From IMG/VR virus record IMGVR_UViG_3300037042_002125, positions 124,001 through 188,000 of that record: a stretch of 64,000 nt of DNA; one strand, 5' to 3'. Within the stretch, counting starts at the first letter, position 1. The number at the start of each line of letters is the position of its first letter. Both the position numbers and the translations under genes were made by a program. The notes below the pieces were generated by a model. It was given only the letters and a program-made list of their open reading frames with translations, had not been told where the DNA came from and did not search any database. Shown here piece after piece: positions 26,658 through 35,745 of the stretch.

Positions 26658-27185
26658 GTGAACCAATGCCATCGTAATAGTTCAAAGCTGTGGTTCAACC
26701 ATCAGAGCGACTACTCAATTGTGACAGGGTATGTGTGCGTTGCCGACCGTTGGTATGAGCATACGTGGCTACTTGATAAGGACAACCGCATAGTCGATAC
26801 CACTCTCAAGAACGGTTCTGCTTACTACGGAGTTCTTTTGTCTCGCAAGGAGGCGAAAGAGTTTGCAGCCAACGAAGGCGTGGGTGCAGACTATAGGGAT
26901 TGGTCTAAACAAGAATGTGAAAACGCTCAAGAAACTTTGCTGAAAATACTAATGTCCCAGCTGTCTCAAGATGATGCAAAGACAAGAGATCGCATACTCA
27001 AAAAGAAAGGCTGGTCAAGCAAGGACCAACTTGACATGGCAAGAATCAACAGCGACATTGCCCATGTGGAGTATGCAAATTGGTGGTCACGGTACAAAGG
27101 TGATACAAAGATACTCTTGAAAGAACTTGAACTATGGTTGGACAAACCAACTCTCAAAGCGTTCAGGGCCAAAGTTAATCTTTGA
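26658..27185 (+). CDS. Hypothetical protein (possibly extends to ATG 26555 via a +1 shift)
   Basis: CHRN...TGY...W.EH.W motif; GTG start. Confidence 0.6.
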   Translation: MNQCHRNSSKLWFNHQSDYSIVTGYVCVADRWYEHTWLLDKDNRIVDTTLKNGSAYYGVLLSRKEAKEFAANEGVGADYRDWSKQECENAQETLLKILMSQLSQDDAKTRDRILKKKGWSSKDQLDMARINSDIAHVEYANWWSRYKGDTKILLKELELWLDKPTLKAFRAKVNL

Positions 27186-27447
27186 TGTTAAGCGCCTTTT
27201 TAATCTCCACGTTCTCTTGTGCCTTGAACGTTGCACAGCTAGAGTAGAGGTCAAGTACAGTCTTTGTCCAGGCGTGTACATCCTCTTCTCTAGCGGACTT
27301 TATATCAGGAACTTTTTCACAGTCTGCAAGAAGCCTTTTGTCGAACTTCACCTCCCGCGTCTGATCAATTGCTGATTCAGGCTTCTGTGGCAAGTGGTTG
27401 CAGCCAGCAACTAGCATAGCCAAGATAATGCCAATCAATCTCATCAT
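27175..27447 (-). CDS. Outer-membrane spanin (Rz1-like lipoprotein)
   Basis: Signal peptide with lipobox LVAG-C; two further Cys; near an i-spanin candidate. Confidence 0.75.
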   Translation of the reverse strand: MMRLIGIILAMLVAGCNHLPQKPESAIDQTREVKFDKRLLADCEKVPDIKSAREEDVHAWTKTVLDLYSSCATFKAQENVEIKKALNIKD

Positions 27448-27891
27448 TTAATTTGCCTTCTTTCTTGATATTTCTGTCATACCCATCCACCCAGTGTTTG
27501 GTCGGTTGCCTGTTGGGTCCAATTGCTCATCAATTTGTGCTTGAGCATCCTTAACTTCATCAATAGACTCAGATCCAGACTCAGACTCAGAATCAGAGCC
27601 ATCTTCGTCTATATCATCAACAGGACCTTCATCACTATCGTCATCTTCGTCGAAGATAGCTGCCACTATGGCATACGATTGAGTCATTAGGTCTGTGGCG
27701 ATAACCGGCTGGAAGGTCCCGTCATCTAATTCGTAGCCGTTGATCACTGCGTTCAGTCCTGAGAGAACGCCATGTGCTACAGCCGCAGAAACCATTTCCA
27801 CCATTTCGTCTGATAAAGTATCATCACGAGCTAGAAACTCTTCAATGAAGGTTGCGACTGTTATTTGAACTTTTGCTTTACTGGAGGTCAT
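27448..27891 (-). CDS. Highly acidic hypothetical protein
   Basis: DEDDDSDEGPVDDIDEDGSDSESESGSES tract. Confidence 0.65.
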   Translation of the reverse strand: MTSSKAKVQITVATFIEEFLARDDTLSDEMVEMVSAAVAHGVLSGLNAVINGYELDDGTFQPVIATDLMTQSYAIVAAIFDEDDDSDEGPVDDIDEDGSDSESESGSESIDEVKDAQAQIDEQLDPTGNRPNTGWMGMTEISRKKAN

Positions 27892-28631
27892 ACAAGAGGT
27901 ACCTTTAGAACAGATTTGGGTTTTGTTTCGTTATCAGGAGTAACTGGCGGAATTGGAATAGCTGGTTTTGCTTTTTCTACTTCAATCTCTTTGTCGGGTA
28001 AATTGCCGTTAGCTGCTGGTGGTTCTACACTACTCTGCGGCGTGTTTTTAGCAGGGGCTGTATTTGGCACTGCTGGAATAGAAACAGGCGTATTTGCTAT
28101 CTTTATCATGTCTTTGACGCTAATAAAGAACGCATCATGGAAACGGCTGCATATCACTTCATCCTTGTCCAACGTTACGGTTACAGGCTTATGCGTCTCG
28201 GGACTTTGGATAACTACTGACGTCGTAGCAGACGACCCACGTAGCTTGCGTTCTTCGGCCAACTTACGAGCAAACTCTTTTGCGGCTGCATTTAACTGAT
28301 CAGATTTCTTCAAGACCTCACCTACAGCTAGGTCAGCGGCTTTCTTTGAATCAGCTTCAACCTGCAAGATCTTTGTATCGCGTTCCTTGATATCATCCTC
28401 ATACTTTGTTATCAGCCTGTCTTTGTCCTTGATGATCTGTTCGTAATGGGCAGTCAATTTGTTTGTGGCCCATGTATAGCCTGCCCAAACAGAAGCGGCA
28501 GACAGTATGGCAAGGCAAAGGATAGTCGCTGCCAATTTTGGGTTCGCTTTTATCCAATCGAAGATACCTTTGAACAAGGCGGCGAAAAATGATCGGATGA
28601 TGCCTAGGAATTTGAGTATAGCGAGTATCAT
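27888..28631 (-). CDS. Inner-membrane spanin (Rz-like)
   Basis: N-terminal TM helix, long coiled coil, Pro-rich tail. Confidence 0.7.
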   Translation of the reverse strand: MILAILKFLGIIRSFFAALFKGIFDWIKANPKLAATILCLAILSAASVWAGYTWATNKLTAHYEQIIKDKDRLITKYEDDIKERDTKILQVEADSKKAADLAVGEVLKKSDQLNAAAKEFARKLAEERKLRGSSATTSVVIQSPETHKPVTVTLDKDEVICSRFHDAFFISVKDMIKIANTPVSIPAVPNTAPAKNTPQSSVEPPAANGNLPDKEIEVEKAKPAIPIPPVTPDNETKPKSVLKVPLV

Positions 28632-28642
28632 GGTGTATGTCC

Positions 28643-29692
28643 TTAAATGAGATTCTTTTTAACTTGGCGCAAAAACTTCTTGGGGCAGTTGAACGGGTCG
28701 TACTCCATCATCTTGGGACGCCCTTTGTCATCTAGTATTTCTCGTCCTTTCTTGTCCAACAATGGCTCTGCGTATTTCCACAGCGACATGTATTTGGTGT
28801 TGAAGTGCTGTTTGATGTCCTTGTAGATGACCTTGGTTGCAAGCTTACCTGCGTCGTCACCATCCATGAAGATGATTATGTTCTCTGCTCCAGTTTTTTC
28901 CAACTGGAACCGCTTAAGCTCATTCCAATTACCTGCACCTAACACTGCCATTGCAGGAATTCCAAATCGCAATAGCCGTATTACATCGCGCGGCCCTTCA
29001 CACAACACAATTGTTGACAAGTCCTTACGCTCCATCAACTCCACTGCGTAGTCATAGAACAGTAAACCATATTCTCGTGACCATTTGCCAGGTGCGTTGA
29101 TGTACGAAGGGGGTGTAACAGAGTAAAGCTCTCCTGTCTTAGGATCCTTCTTGACTACCTTATCTGGCTTCTCCAACTCTGCTTTAACGTAACCCCGCAG
29201 TTCGCCTTTGATTAGCACAGGCATGAACACGTAGAAGTTGTCGTTGTATTTCTTGTGAACAAACTCACAGCCTATCTTTGTCAAGAACGAACAAGGGATA
29301 GTACGCCACTCATCTTGAGTAAGATCAAAGAACTCTAGGTCGGCATGATCTCGCTCAAACCCCTCTTCTTCTTCATCATCGGTTTGATTCAACAGACCGT
29401 TTCTGTACGTAGATGGGTTGACGTAGTCCTCATCTGTCCTCTTCTTGTTGCTGTACTTGCGTAGGCCCAATGTGTCAGCTAAGTCGTCCCATGGAACAGA
29501 CTTCTTGCACGACCAACATCGGAACCACCCTAACGGTGCCCGTGCCTCTTCTAAATCCAAGTTGACGTTACCACTTGGGTTTGAGTCATTGTGATACGGA
29601 CAGACGATCTTGGCGCCTTGCCTTTCAATCTCTTTTATCTGTAGACTTGATATCTCTCCGAGTATAAAGTCTCTTTTCTTTTCATTGCTCAT
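28643..29692 (-). CDS. dnaG: DNA primase (Zn finger + TOPRIM)
   Basis: CPYH...C..C zinc finger; LCEGPRD and FMDGDDAG TOPRIM motifs. Confidence 0.88.
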   Translation of the reverse strand: MSNEKKRDFILGEISSLQIKEIERQGAKIVCPYHNDSNPSGNVNLDLEEARAPLGWFRCWSCKKSVPWDDLADTLGLRKYSNKKRTDEDYVNPSTYRNGLLNQTDDEEEEGFERDHADLEFFDLTQDEWRTIPCSFLTKIGCEFVHKKYNDNFYVFMPVLIKGELRGYVKAELEKPDKVVKKDPKTGELYSVTPPSYINAPGKWSREYGLLFYDYAVELMERKDLSTIVLCEGPRDVIRLLRFGIPAMAVLGAGNWNELKRFQLEKTGAENIIIFMDGDDAGKLATKVIYKDIKQHFNTKYMSLWKYAEPLLDKKGREILDDKGRPKMMEYDPFNCPKKFLRQVKKNLI

Positions 29693-29711
29693 AGTATTGC
29701 TACCTCGTTTG

Positions 29712-29719
29712 TATTTACA
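29712..29719 (-). promoter_or_regulatory. TGTAAATA motif upstream of primase
   Basis: 19 nt upstream of the start codon, sense orientation. Confidence 0.6.
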
Positions 29720-29751
29720 ACATACCCAGCAATGTAACTTAGTTGGCGCTG

Positions 29752-29760
29752 TAATTTAAT
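29752..29760 (+). promoter_or_regulatory. TAATTTAAT motif
   Basis: In the divergent intergenic region. Confidence 0.45.
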
Positions 29761-29790
29761 ACGTGGGCTTGTCCGCACTTGGATGCAAAG

Positions 29791-29798
29791 TGTAAATA
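29791..29798 (+). promoter_or_regulatory. TGTAAATA motif upstream of the rightward operon
   Basis: 36 nt upstream of ATG 29835. Confidence 0.55.
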
Positions 29799-29834
29799 CT
29801 TTTGATGGTGCAAAACACCAGGAAGGAATATACC

Positions 29835-30182
29835 ATGATAGACGAAGTTGTTATCAGCAATCAGTTGCTTGCCAACTTGACCAACCTTGATGAGACCAAA
29901 AATTTCATCTTTGAGGTCTTAAACGAGTACATCCAAGGCTCGTATGCTCCATTGCAAAATGGAAGGATTGATGGAGGACGAGTTAAACGTCACCTCGAGT
30001 GTATGCTTGAGGACTCAATCAAGAAAAAGAACCCTACATTCAACAGCACCGTCCAGATAAATGTTGAATGGGGTCTGCGATCAGTGTGCGGATTCTCCTG
30101 CAGGATCTTTGTTGGCATATCTGATTTTGACTTAACCCCCTTTGGACACTCAGCCGTTGAGGCTGTTCCCCTATGGCAATAA
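29835..30182 (+). CDS. Hypothetical protein
   Basis: ATG 29835 with AGGAAGGA RBS. Confidence 0.6.
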   Translation: MIDEVVISNQLLANLTNLDETKNFIFEVLNEYIQGSYAPLQNGRIDGGRVKRHLECMLEDSIKKKNPTFNSTVQINVEWGLRSVCGFSCRIFVGISDFDLTPFGHSAVEAVPLWQ

Positions 30183-31222
30183 TAACATCAAGCACAACAA
30201 GACTTTCCAAAGCCATAGCAAAGGCTGATAAAGAAACAATAACAGGGACTGACAAAGGAAACGTAAGTAAGATCATACGGACGTTCAACACTTACCTAGA
30301 TTCCTACGAAGATAACTTTCAAGAGGAAGAAGTTGACCCAAAGCGGTACTTCTTCCTCCGTCCGTCTTCCTTCCCTTACTGCGGGTTCAAAAAACTCCTT
30401 AGTGCTCCTACAGATATTGATGCACCTCGCCTCAATACATTCGCGTCTACCTACTTTACTCAAATAGGTCACGCTACTCACGAAGTGTTTCAATTGTTCG
30501 GTGGGCGCGGTGGTAAGTTTGTAGGTGATTGGGTGTGCAACACTTGCGGTAATATCTCAAAGTTCACAACCGACAATATGTGTGAGTGTGGCTGCCCAAA
30601 GGGAATGAGCTATCTTGAGCTAGAGATACGCTACCGAGGGATCATACTAGGTCACATTGACGGGCTGTTCCGTCTTGATCCTAAGAAGGGTAACAAATCT
30701 GCCCACGTCTTAGTTGACTACAAGACAACCTCTAGCAAGAACGTTAAGCTTCCTGCTAAATCCTCTCCCTTCCCCTACAAGTACAACGTTGCCCAGATAG
30801 AAGCCTACGTCCCACTGATTGAAGAGCAGTATGGGGTAAACATCGACTACTGGTTACTAGCCTACCTAGCAAGAGATGCCCCTTTCAAATATGGTAGGGT
30901 ACTTCGCGCTAAGTATCTATCTGTAAATGATAAGGCAGCTATACTTAAAAAACTTGATCGTTGGGTCAAGACTCATAAGCTAGTCCTAACTGCCTCTACT
31001 ACTGAGGAATTCGAACGCATTGACAAGCGTAAGCTGTGCAAGAGTGCTCAGGACTACAAAGACAATTATAAGGAAGAATACAACGTGTGCCCATACGTCA
31101 AAGATTGCTTCACTAAACCAGAAATCTTGATCAAGAAGGCCCTCAAGCACAAGATCTTTCCAATCATAGACCATGCACCTAAAAAAGTTCAACGTTCACT
31201 AAGAGAAATAATACAATCATGA
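30173..31222 (+). CDS. Cas4-like / PD-(D/E)xK exonuclease
   Basis: RPSS..YC, G...HE, GHIDG, VDYKT and Q..AY motifs, C-terminal C...CPY..DC cluster; internal CxxC...CxC insert. Confidence 0.8.
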   Translation: MAIITSSTTRLSKAIAKADKETITGTDKGNVSKIIRTFNTYLDSYEDNFQEEEVDPKRYFFLRPSSFPYCGFKKLLSAPTDIDAPRLNTFASTYFTQIGHATHEVFQLFGGRGGKFVGDWVCNTCGNISKFTTDNMCECGCPKGMSYLELEIRYRGIILGHIDGLFRLDPKKGNKSAHVLVDYKTTSSKNVKLPAKSSPFPYKYNVAQIEAYVPLIEEQYGVNIDYWLLAYLARDAPFKYGRVLRAKYLSVNDKAAILKKLDRWVKTHKLVLTASTTEEFERIDKRKLCKSAQDYKDNYKEEYNVCPYVKDCFTKPEILIKKALKHKIFPIIDHAPKKVQRSLREIIQS

Positions 31223-31623
31223 ACAGACAAGAATTCCTATTGACGCAACTAATTACAGACTGTTCCGCAGTTACGTCTAATACAGCTCAAGCATTGCAAT
31301 TTGGTTTGCATGAATCTGTCCAAATTGGCAATAGCAGTCGCATTAACCGCCACCTCCTTGAATCAAAGATACAAGATTTGCTTGGCACACTAGCATTACT
31401 ATCTGACGAAGACATTATCCGTCTAGAGATGGATGACGAAACAGAAAGGGACATACAGGACAAGAAAACAGAAGTGCTAAGTGATATGGAGTACGCGCGA
31501 AAGTTTTGCAAGACCGTCATTACTCCAAAAGCAACCCAAACTCGCAAAATAACTGTGGTAGTCAGACATGAAAAAAGCAACGTTCGCCCCGATGTATGTA
31601 GCCATATTCCCCCAGCTGTCTAG
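31219..31623 (+). CDS. Hypothetical protein, degenerate all-alpha NTP-PPase-like
   Basis: LL..L..DC..V...AL.FG pattern; the acidic motif is poorly conserved. Confidence 0.35.
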   Translation: MNRQEFLLTQLITDCSAVTSNTAQALQFGLHESVQIGNSSRINRHLLESKIQDLLGTLALLSDEDIIRLEMDDETERDIQDKKTEVLSDMEYARKFCKTVITPKATQTRKITVVVRHEKSNVRPDVCSHIPPAV

Positions 31624-31903
31624 GATTGCTCAAGAACATGGGTACGCATTAGCTGCCCACGGAAGTGTCAATACTGATTTCGATCTGATTGCCATCCCTT
31701 GGATTGAGAAAGCAAGTGAGCCCAAAGACTTTGTGAAAGACATAGCGGCCTATCTCAAAGTCCTTGAAGGTACATTCGGTACAGGCATAGATTGTGGCCC
31801 TATTGGGGATAAGCCACATGGTCGTATTGCTTGGAAACTCCATCTAAGTTGTGGCGCCGCCATTGACTTGAGCGTAATGCCTATGGTGAAGAAAAATGAG
31901 TAA
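31568..31903 (+). CDS. Minimal nucleotidyltransferase-like protein
   Basis: HGSV..DFDL (GS-x-DxD) motif plus a distal IDLS. Confidence 0.5.
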   Translation: MKKATFAPMYVAIFPQLSRIAQEHGYALAAHGSVNTDFDLIAIPWIEKASEPKDFVKDIAAYLKVLEGTFGTGIDCGPIGDKPHGRIAWKLHLSCGAAIDLSVMPMVKKNE

Positions 31904-32777
31904 AGCTTTTGTTGCAGATGGCAACTTCTATTTGTGGCGAGCCATGTCAGTTGTCCTAAAACGGAAAAACCCAGAGAAGCTTGTCAAGAATACGCTGACT
32001 ATGTTCTTGAACATGGTAGCTGGTGACGCGGTTATGCACCACTCCTCTCATGTACTGGTATGCTTTGATGCCAAGCGGTCGTTTCGGAATGACATATACC
32101 ACGCATACAAGGCTAACCGAACGCATGGAGAGACCACAGTAATACTTGCAGATGGCAGAGAATTCCGCACTGATATAACGCCAGGGTCGTTAGTGAAACC
32201 TGCAAAAGAGATGCTAGACCTAGCAGGCTTGGCGCATTCTCAGGTCAAGTTAAGAGAGGCTGACGACCTAATGGGTAGCGCGGCCATTAGCTTGCCGTGT
32301 AGGATAGTCATTGGTACGCGGGATAAGGACATTGCCCGATGTGTAAATGAGAGAGTGAGCTTGTGGTGGCCTATTGAGAAGAGGCTAATAGGGCCCAAGG
32401 AAGTACTCAAACACTTTGGTGTCAACCCTATTCAGATCACTGACTACCTGTCTCTGCTAGGTGACAAAGTAGATAACATCCCAGGCGTCCCTGGTTGTGG
32501 CCCTAAGACAGCGTGTGCGATCTTAGCCAAGTTTGGTTCGCTTGATGATGCGATAAAGGACAAGGCATTTAGACTTAAGTACCATGAGCACAGGACTACA
32601 CTTGCGATGGCGCGTAAACTTGTGACGTTGAAGCCTGATACCAAGTACAACCTAGATGATTTGGTACCTCAGAAAATTGATAGGGCGTTGGGTAACATGG
32701 TATGGGCCATACCTAACACCCTCAAGGACTTAGCTGAATCTCGCAAGATGAGTAAGATGAAGGGCCTGTTTGGATAG
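31896..32777 (+). CDS. 5'-3' exonuclease / flap endonuclease (PolI N-domain or T4 RNase H-like)
   Basis: DGN, FR..IY..YKANR, EADD, RDKD and GDKVDNIPGVPGCGPKTA motifs. Confidence 0.92.
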   Translation: MSKAFVADGNFYLWRAMSVVLKRKNPEKLVKNTLTMFLNMVAGDAVMHHSSHVLVCFDAKRSFRNDIYHAYKANRTHGETTVILADGREFRTDITPGSLVKPAKEMLDLAGLAHSQVKLREADDLMGSAAISLPCRIVIGTRDKDIARCVNERVSLWWPIEKRLIGPKEVLKHFGVNPIQITDYLSLLGDKVDNIPGVPGCGPKTACAILAKFGSLDDAIKDKAFRLKYHEHRTTLAMARKLVTLKPDTKYNLDDLVPQKIDRALGNMVWAIPNTLKDLAESRKMSKMKGLFG

Positions 32778-32781
32778 ACAT

Positions 32782-32976
32782 ATGAAAGTAAAATTTTCAC
32801 TTACCGTGGGAAACTTCTACGTAGAAGAAATAGTGCGCTTCAAAGAGGAAATGTCTGATGTAGAGCTCGATGAAGCCTTTGCAGACTGGCAATCAAACTA
32901 TTTGGATGGGCACTGGGCAAGAGTGAAGCCCGAGCCTAAAAAGAAACCCTCAACATCAACAAGAAAGAAGATATGA
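32782..32976 (+). CDS. Hypothetical protein
   Basis: Operonic, with an ATGA overlap. Confidence 0.55.
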   Translation: MKVKFSLTVGNFYVEEIVRFKEEMSDVELDEAFADWQSNYLDGHWARVKPEPKKKPSTSTRKKI

Positions 32977-33992
32977 AAGAAAAAGACTATCTGATCTGCA
33001 AGATCAAAGGCAATGAAGACGAGAAGCCATTTGTTGCCAGAGTCAATAGCCTAGGCAAAGAAACGATAGAGGTGACGTTGGAGAAGAACGTTCACCACGA
33101 ACGTAAGGTTATTGAGATCACCAAGAAAGACATTGTGGTACGCCTTGGACCAACGCCAGCACCTGGTACAGTCTACGGCTGCGATGTATCCAACCTCTAT
33201 CGCAAGACACTTAGCCACGATTTCTGGGGTACGCTCTATTGCTTTGTTAGCCTGCCACCAGAGACGTTGAAGGTCCTTCGTAATAGCTTGGACCGCACCG
33301 CAAAGATCGTCGAGAAACTTGGCTTAGAGGATTTCGTTGACCTGTTCACAATAGAGATACGCGCCAAGAAGGGCAAGTGGGCAGGTATGTACAAGCATAA
33401 CAAAGAAGGCTTGCATACCGTTTGGTTTGCTCCTGAGTGGGCACAGAACGCCGCTGAGTTCATGGACTACGTTATCCTCCATGAGTTCGGCCATGTTCTA
33501 CGGTACAATGGGCTGACCAGCAAGAAGGCACAATCGCGCTGGCTCAAACTGTTTCACCAAAGCATCAAGCCTGATCTGATCGACCACAAGGATTTGATGA
33601 AAATTCTCAAGGGAATAAAGGCGGCCAAGAAAGAGGATGACCTTGTTGGGTTCAGTGAAGCTCTTAGAGGGCTTGCAGATGATGACGAAGAGATGCTGCA
33701 CCGCACCAAGATTCTTCTGCGCTGGTTCAAACAGATCCACCACTTAAGTGTAAAGGATTTGAACATCATGTGGGCTGCAGAAGCGTTTGAACAGCTTGAG
33801 GCCTTGTGGCCTACTGTTAGCATTGATAGTTCTAAGCTTGATCCTCTAGTCAGCGAGTACGGTACAGTTAGCTCAGAGGAATTGTTTGCCGAGTCATTTG
33901 CACTACACGCTCAAAAGAAAAAGCTGCCCAACTCTGTAGTAACCCTTATGGACAAATCCCTATCACTTATCCGGGCTAACAAGCCAGCGTGA
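32973..33992 (+). CDS. Putative zincin metallopeptidase-like protein
   Basis: ILHEFGH motif and distal EELFAESF. Confidence 0.55.
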   Translation: MKEKDYLICKIKGNEDEKPFVARVNSLGKETIEVTLEKNVHHERKVIEITKKDIVVRLGPTPAPGTVYGCDVSNLYRKTLSHDFWGTLYCFVSLPPETLKVLRNSLDRTAKIVEKLGLEDFVDLFTIEIRAKKGKWAGMYKHNKEGLHTVWFAPEWAQNAAEFMDYVILHEFGHVLRYNGLTSKKAQSRWLKLFHQSIKPDLIDHKDLMKILKGIKAAKKEDDLVGFSEALRGLADDDEEMLHRTKILLRWFKQIHHLSVKDLNIMWAAEAFEQLEALWPTVSIDSSKLDPLVSEYGTVSSEELFAESFALHAQKKKLPNSVVTLMDKSLSLIRANKPA

Positions 33993-34039
33993 CTTTATGA
34001 CCGGTCCTACAAAAGAATACAGCGAGTCATGCAAGTCCC

Positions 34040-34234
34040 TTGTTAAAAAAAGGCCGGTTGCTCTTAACAGTTGATGTGCGTACAGAAGAAGAAGCAGATC
34101 AAATTCTTACCTGGATGTACGGCACCCAAAAGCCAATGTCTGCTGCTCTACAAGAGATAGCTTGGGATAAGGCGACAGTGACCCAAGCTGTGGCTGATGC
34201 CGTTGAGACTCTTAAGAAGGCGTTACAACCATGA
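34040..34234 (+). CDS. Hypothetical protein (possibly starts at ATG 33997 via a +1 shift)
   Basis: ORF track; TTG start has no RBS. Confidence 0.5.
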   Translation: MLKKGRLLLTVDVRTEEEADQILTWMYGTQKPMSAALQEIAWDKATVTQAVADAVETLKKALQP

Positions 34235-34566
34235 CAGAAGATATAGACAGAATAAACGTCAGGAGTATGCTTGATCGTATCCAGAGAGCTGTTGACGAAA
34301 CAATGGCCAGTCCTCTTAGGGTACTACCAACACAATACTCTATTACGCAACTAAACGCCCTACCAAACAGGCAAAAAATTGCGATCATAAATATGTCGGG
34401 TAACAACCTGCCTGACCTTGAAGATTTGAAAGCACAAGGGCGCATACATGACTTCAAGATAGAGTTCACAAAGGCCGGCATGGCTGACATATACATCAGC
34501 CCTATCCAGGCAATTGAATACATCAACGTATCCATTAAGTCTCAAAAGAAAGGTAGTGAGCAATGA
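34231..34566 (+). CDS. Hypothetical protein, C-terminus resembles the tail-sheath C-terminal domain
   Basis: LEDLKAQGRIHDFKI...IYISPIQAIEYINVSI pattern. Confidence 0.4.
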   Translation: MTEDIDRINVRSMLDRIQRAVDETMASPLRVLPTQYSITQLNALPNRQKIAIINMSGNNLPDLEDLKAQGRIHDFKIEFTKAGMADIYISPIQAIEYINVSIKSQKKGSEQ

Positions 34567-34856
34567 TTGTAGAAGAAGTAAGACCCGGCGTAAAACAGTA
34601 TAGGATGATGGCAAACAATAGTGACCTAAGTCCAACTAGGAAACGAACAAGCTACAAGAGACTATCTAAAACAGAGGAAGAGCTATTAACTTTTTTAGCT
34701 AAACCAAAGACTGTTCTAGAAGTAGGGAAGTTTGCCGAAGCAAATCTTGAAACTATACGCTACCACTTGCGAAAGCTTGTTACCCAAGGCAAGATAGAGT
34801 ATTCTGCATCATCTGGAGAATCTGGAACATATCATCAGTATTGGACAAAAAAGTGA
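34563..34856 (+). CDS. Winged-helix DNA-binding protein
   Basis: LLTFL..PKTV.EV......TIRYHLRKLV.QG.I pattern. Confidence 0.6.
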   Translation: MIVEEVRPGVKQYRMMANNSDLSPTRKRTSYKRLSKTEEELLTFLAKPKTVLEVGKFAEANLETIRYHLRKLVTQGKIEYSASSGESGTYHQYWTKK

Positions 34857-35269
34857 ACAAGAAAATTAACAACCCTATCATATGCGTTGACTTCGACGGA
34901 GTGATCAATAGCTATACCTCAGGCTGGATTAGCATTGATGTAATACCTGATGATCCTGTCCCTGGCGCTATCGAATGGCTTATGGATCATCTTCCAACAC
35001 CAGAAGGTCTCGGTCACATGGATGAATACAAAGGCCCTATCGTCTGCATCTATTCGTCGCGCTCGAAGGAGAACCGTGGCATCAAGGCTATGCAGCGGTG
35101 GCTGGTCAAGCACGGCTTACCTCGTCAGTACATCACTGACAATGTGCTTCAGTTCCCTACTCAAAAGCCAGCGGCGTTCTTGACTCTTGATGATCGCGCT
35201 ATATGCTTCACAGGCACGTTCCCTACCACGGAGCAAATGATGGCGTTTAAACCTTGGAACAAGAGGTGA
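34853..35269 (+). CDS. HAD-superfamily phosphatase/nucleotidase-like protein
   Basis: CVDFDGVI motif I and LDDR motif IV; likely GTG start at 34853. Confidence 0.75.
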   Translation: MNKKINNPIICVDFDGVINSYTSGWISIDVIPDDPVPGAIEWLMDHLPTPEGLGHMDEYKGPIVCIYSSRSKENRGIKAMQRWLVKHGLPRQYITDNVLQFPTQKPAAFLTLDDRAICFTGTFPTTEQMMAFKPWNKR

Positions 35270-35272
35270 GTT

Positions 35273-35521
35273 ATGAGCAACTTGTTGATGCAGACGATAG
35301 GCAACGACGATTGGATGAAAGCCAATGCTCCAAAGATTAAAAATATCTTGCCTGATACGTGGACGCACATAGCCAACTTGAATGGTTTACAATTAGGTTA
35401 CCAGCTCAAACTACTTGGCATCGACTGGCGTTCAGAGGATGAGTTCGGTAAGTGCATGATATATCTTGAGCGTATAGGTATTATGAAACGAGACGGTATG
35501 TTGATCAAGAGGGCCTTATGA
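35273..35521 (+). CDS. Hypothetical protein
   Basis: GAGGTGA RBS; 82 aa. Confidence 0.6.
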   Translation: MSNLLMQTIGNDDWMKANAPKIKNILPDTWTHIANLNGLQLGYQLKLLGIDWRSEDEFGKCMIYLERIGIMKRDGMLIKRAL

Positions 35522-35745
35522 CAACAGTATTTGTCGTGACAATAAGAGACGTTGTCACTATCATCTGCGTAGTAGTTGTTCTCATTGCATGTGTTACACC
35601 ATTGCTTTTGACATTGATGAGGCAACGTCGTTGCCTGCACAACGAAGGGGTTACTGAAACGTCTACTTGCGATGCAATCTGCCGCAAGTGTAGAAAGAAT
35701 CTGGGGGTTCATAGGAACCTGGATACTGAAAAGGGATCACAATGA
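35518..35745 (+). CDS. Small membrane protein with Cys/His cluster
   Basis: Hydrophobic N-terminus; CxH...CxxC. Confidence 0.55.
   Translation: MTTVFVVTIRDVVTIICVVVVLIACVTPLLLTLMRQRRCLHNEGVTETSTCDAICRKCRKNLGVHRNLDTEKGSQ

Noticed and set aside
30173-31222. CRISPR-Cas adaptation locus
   Set aside because: Only a solo Cas4-like nuclease; no cas1, cas2 or array.
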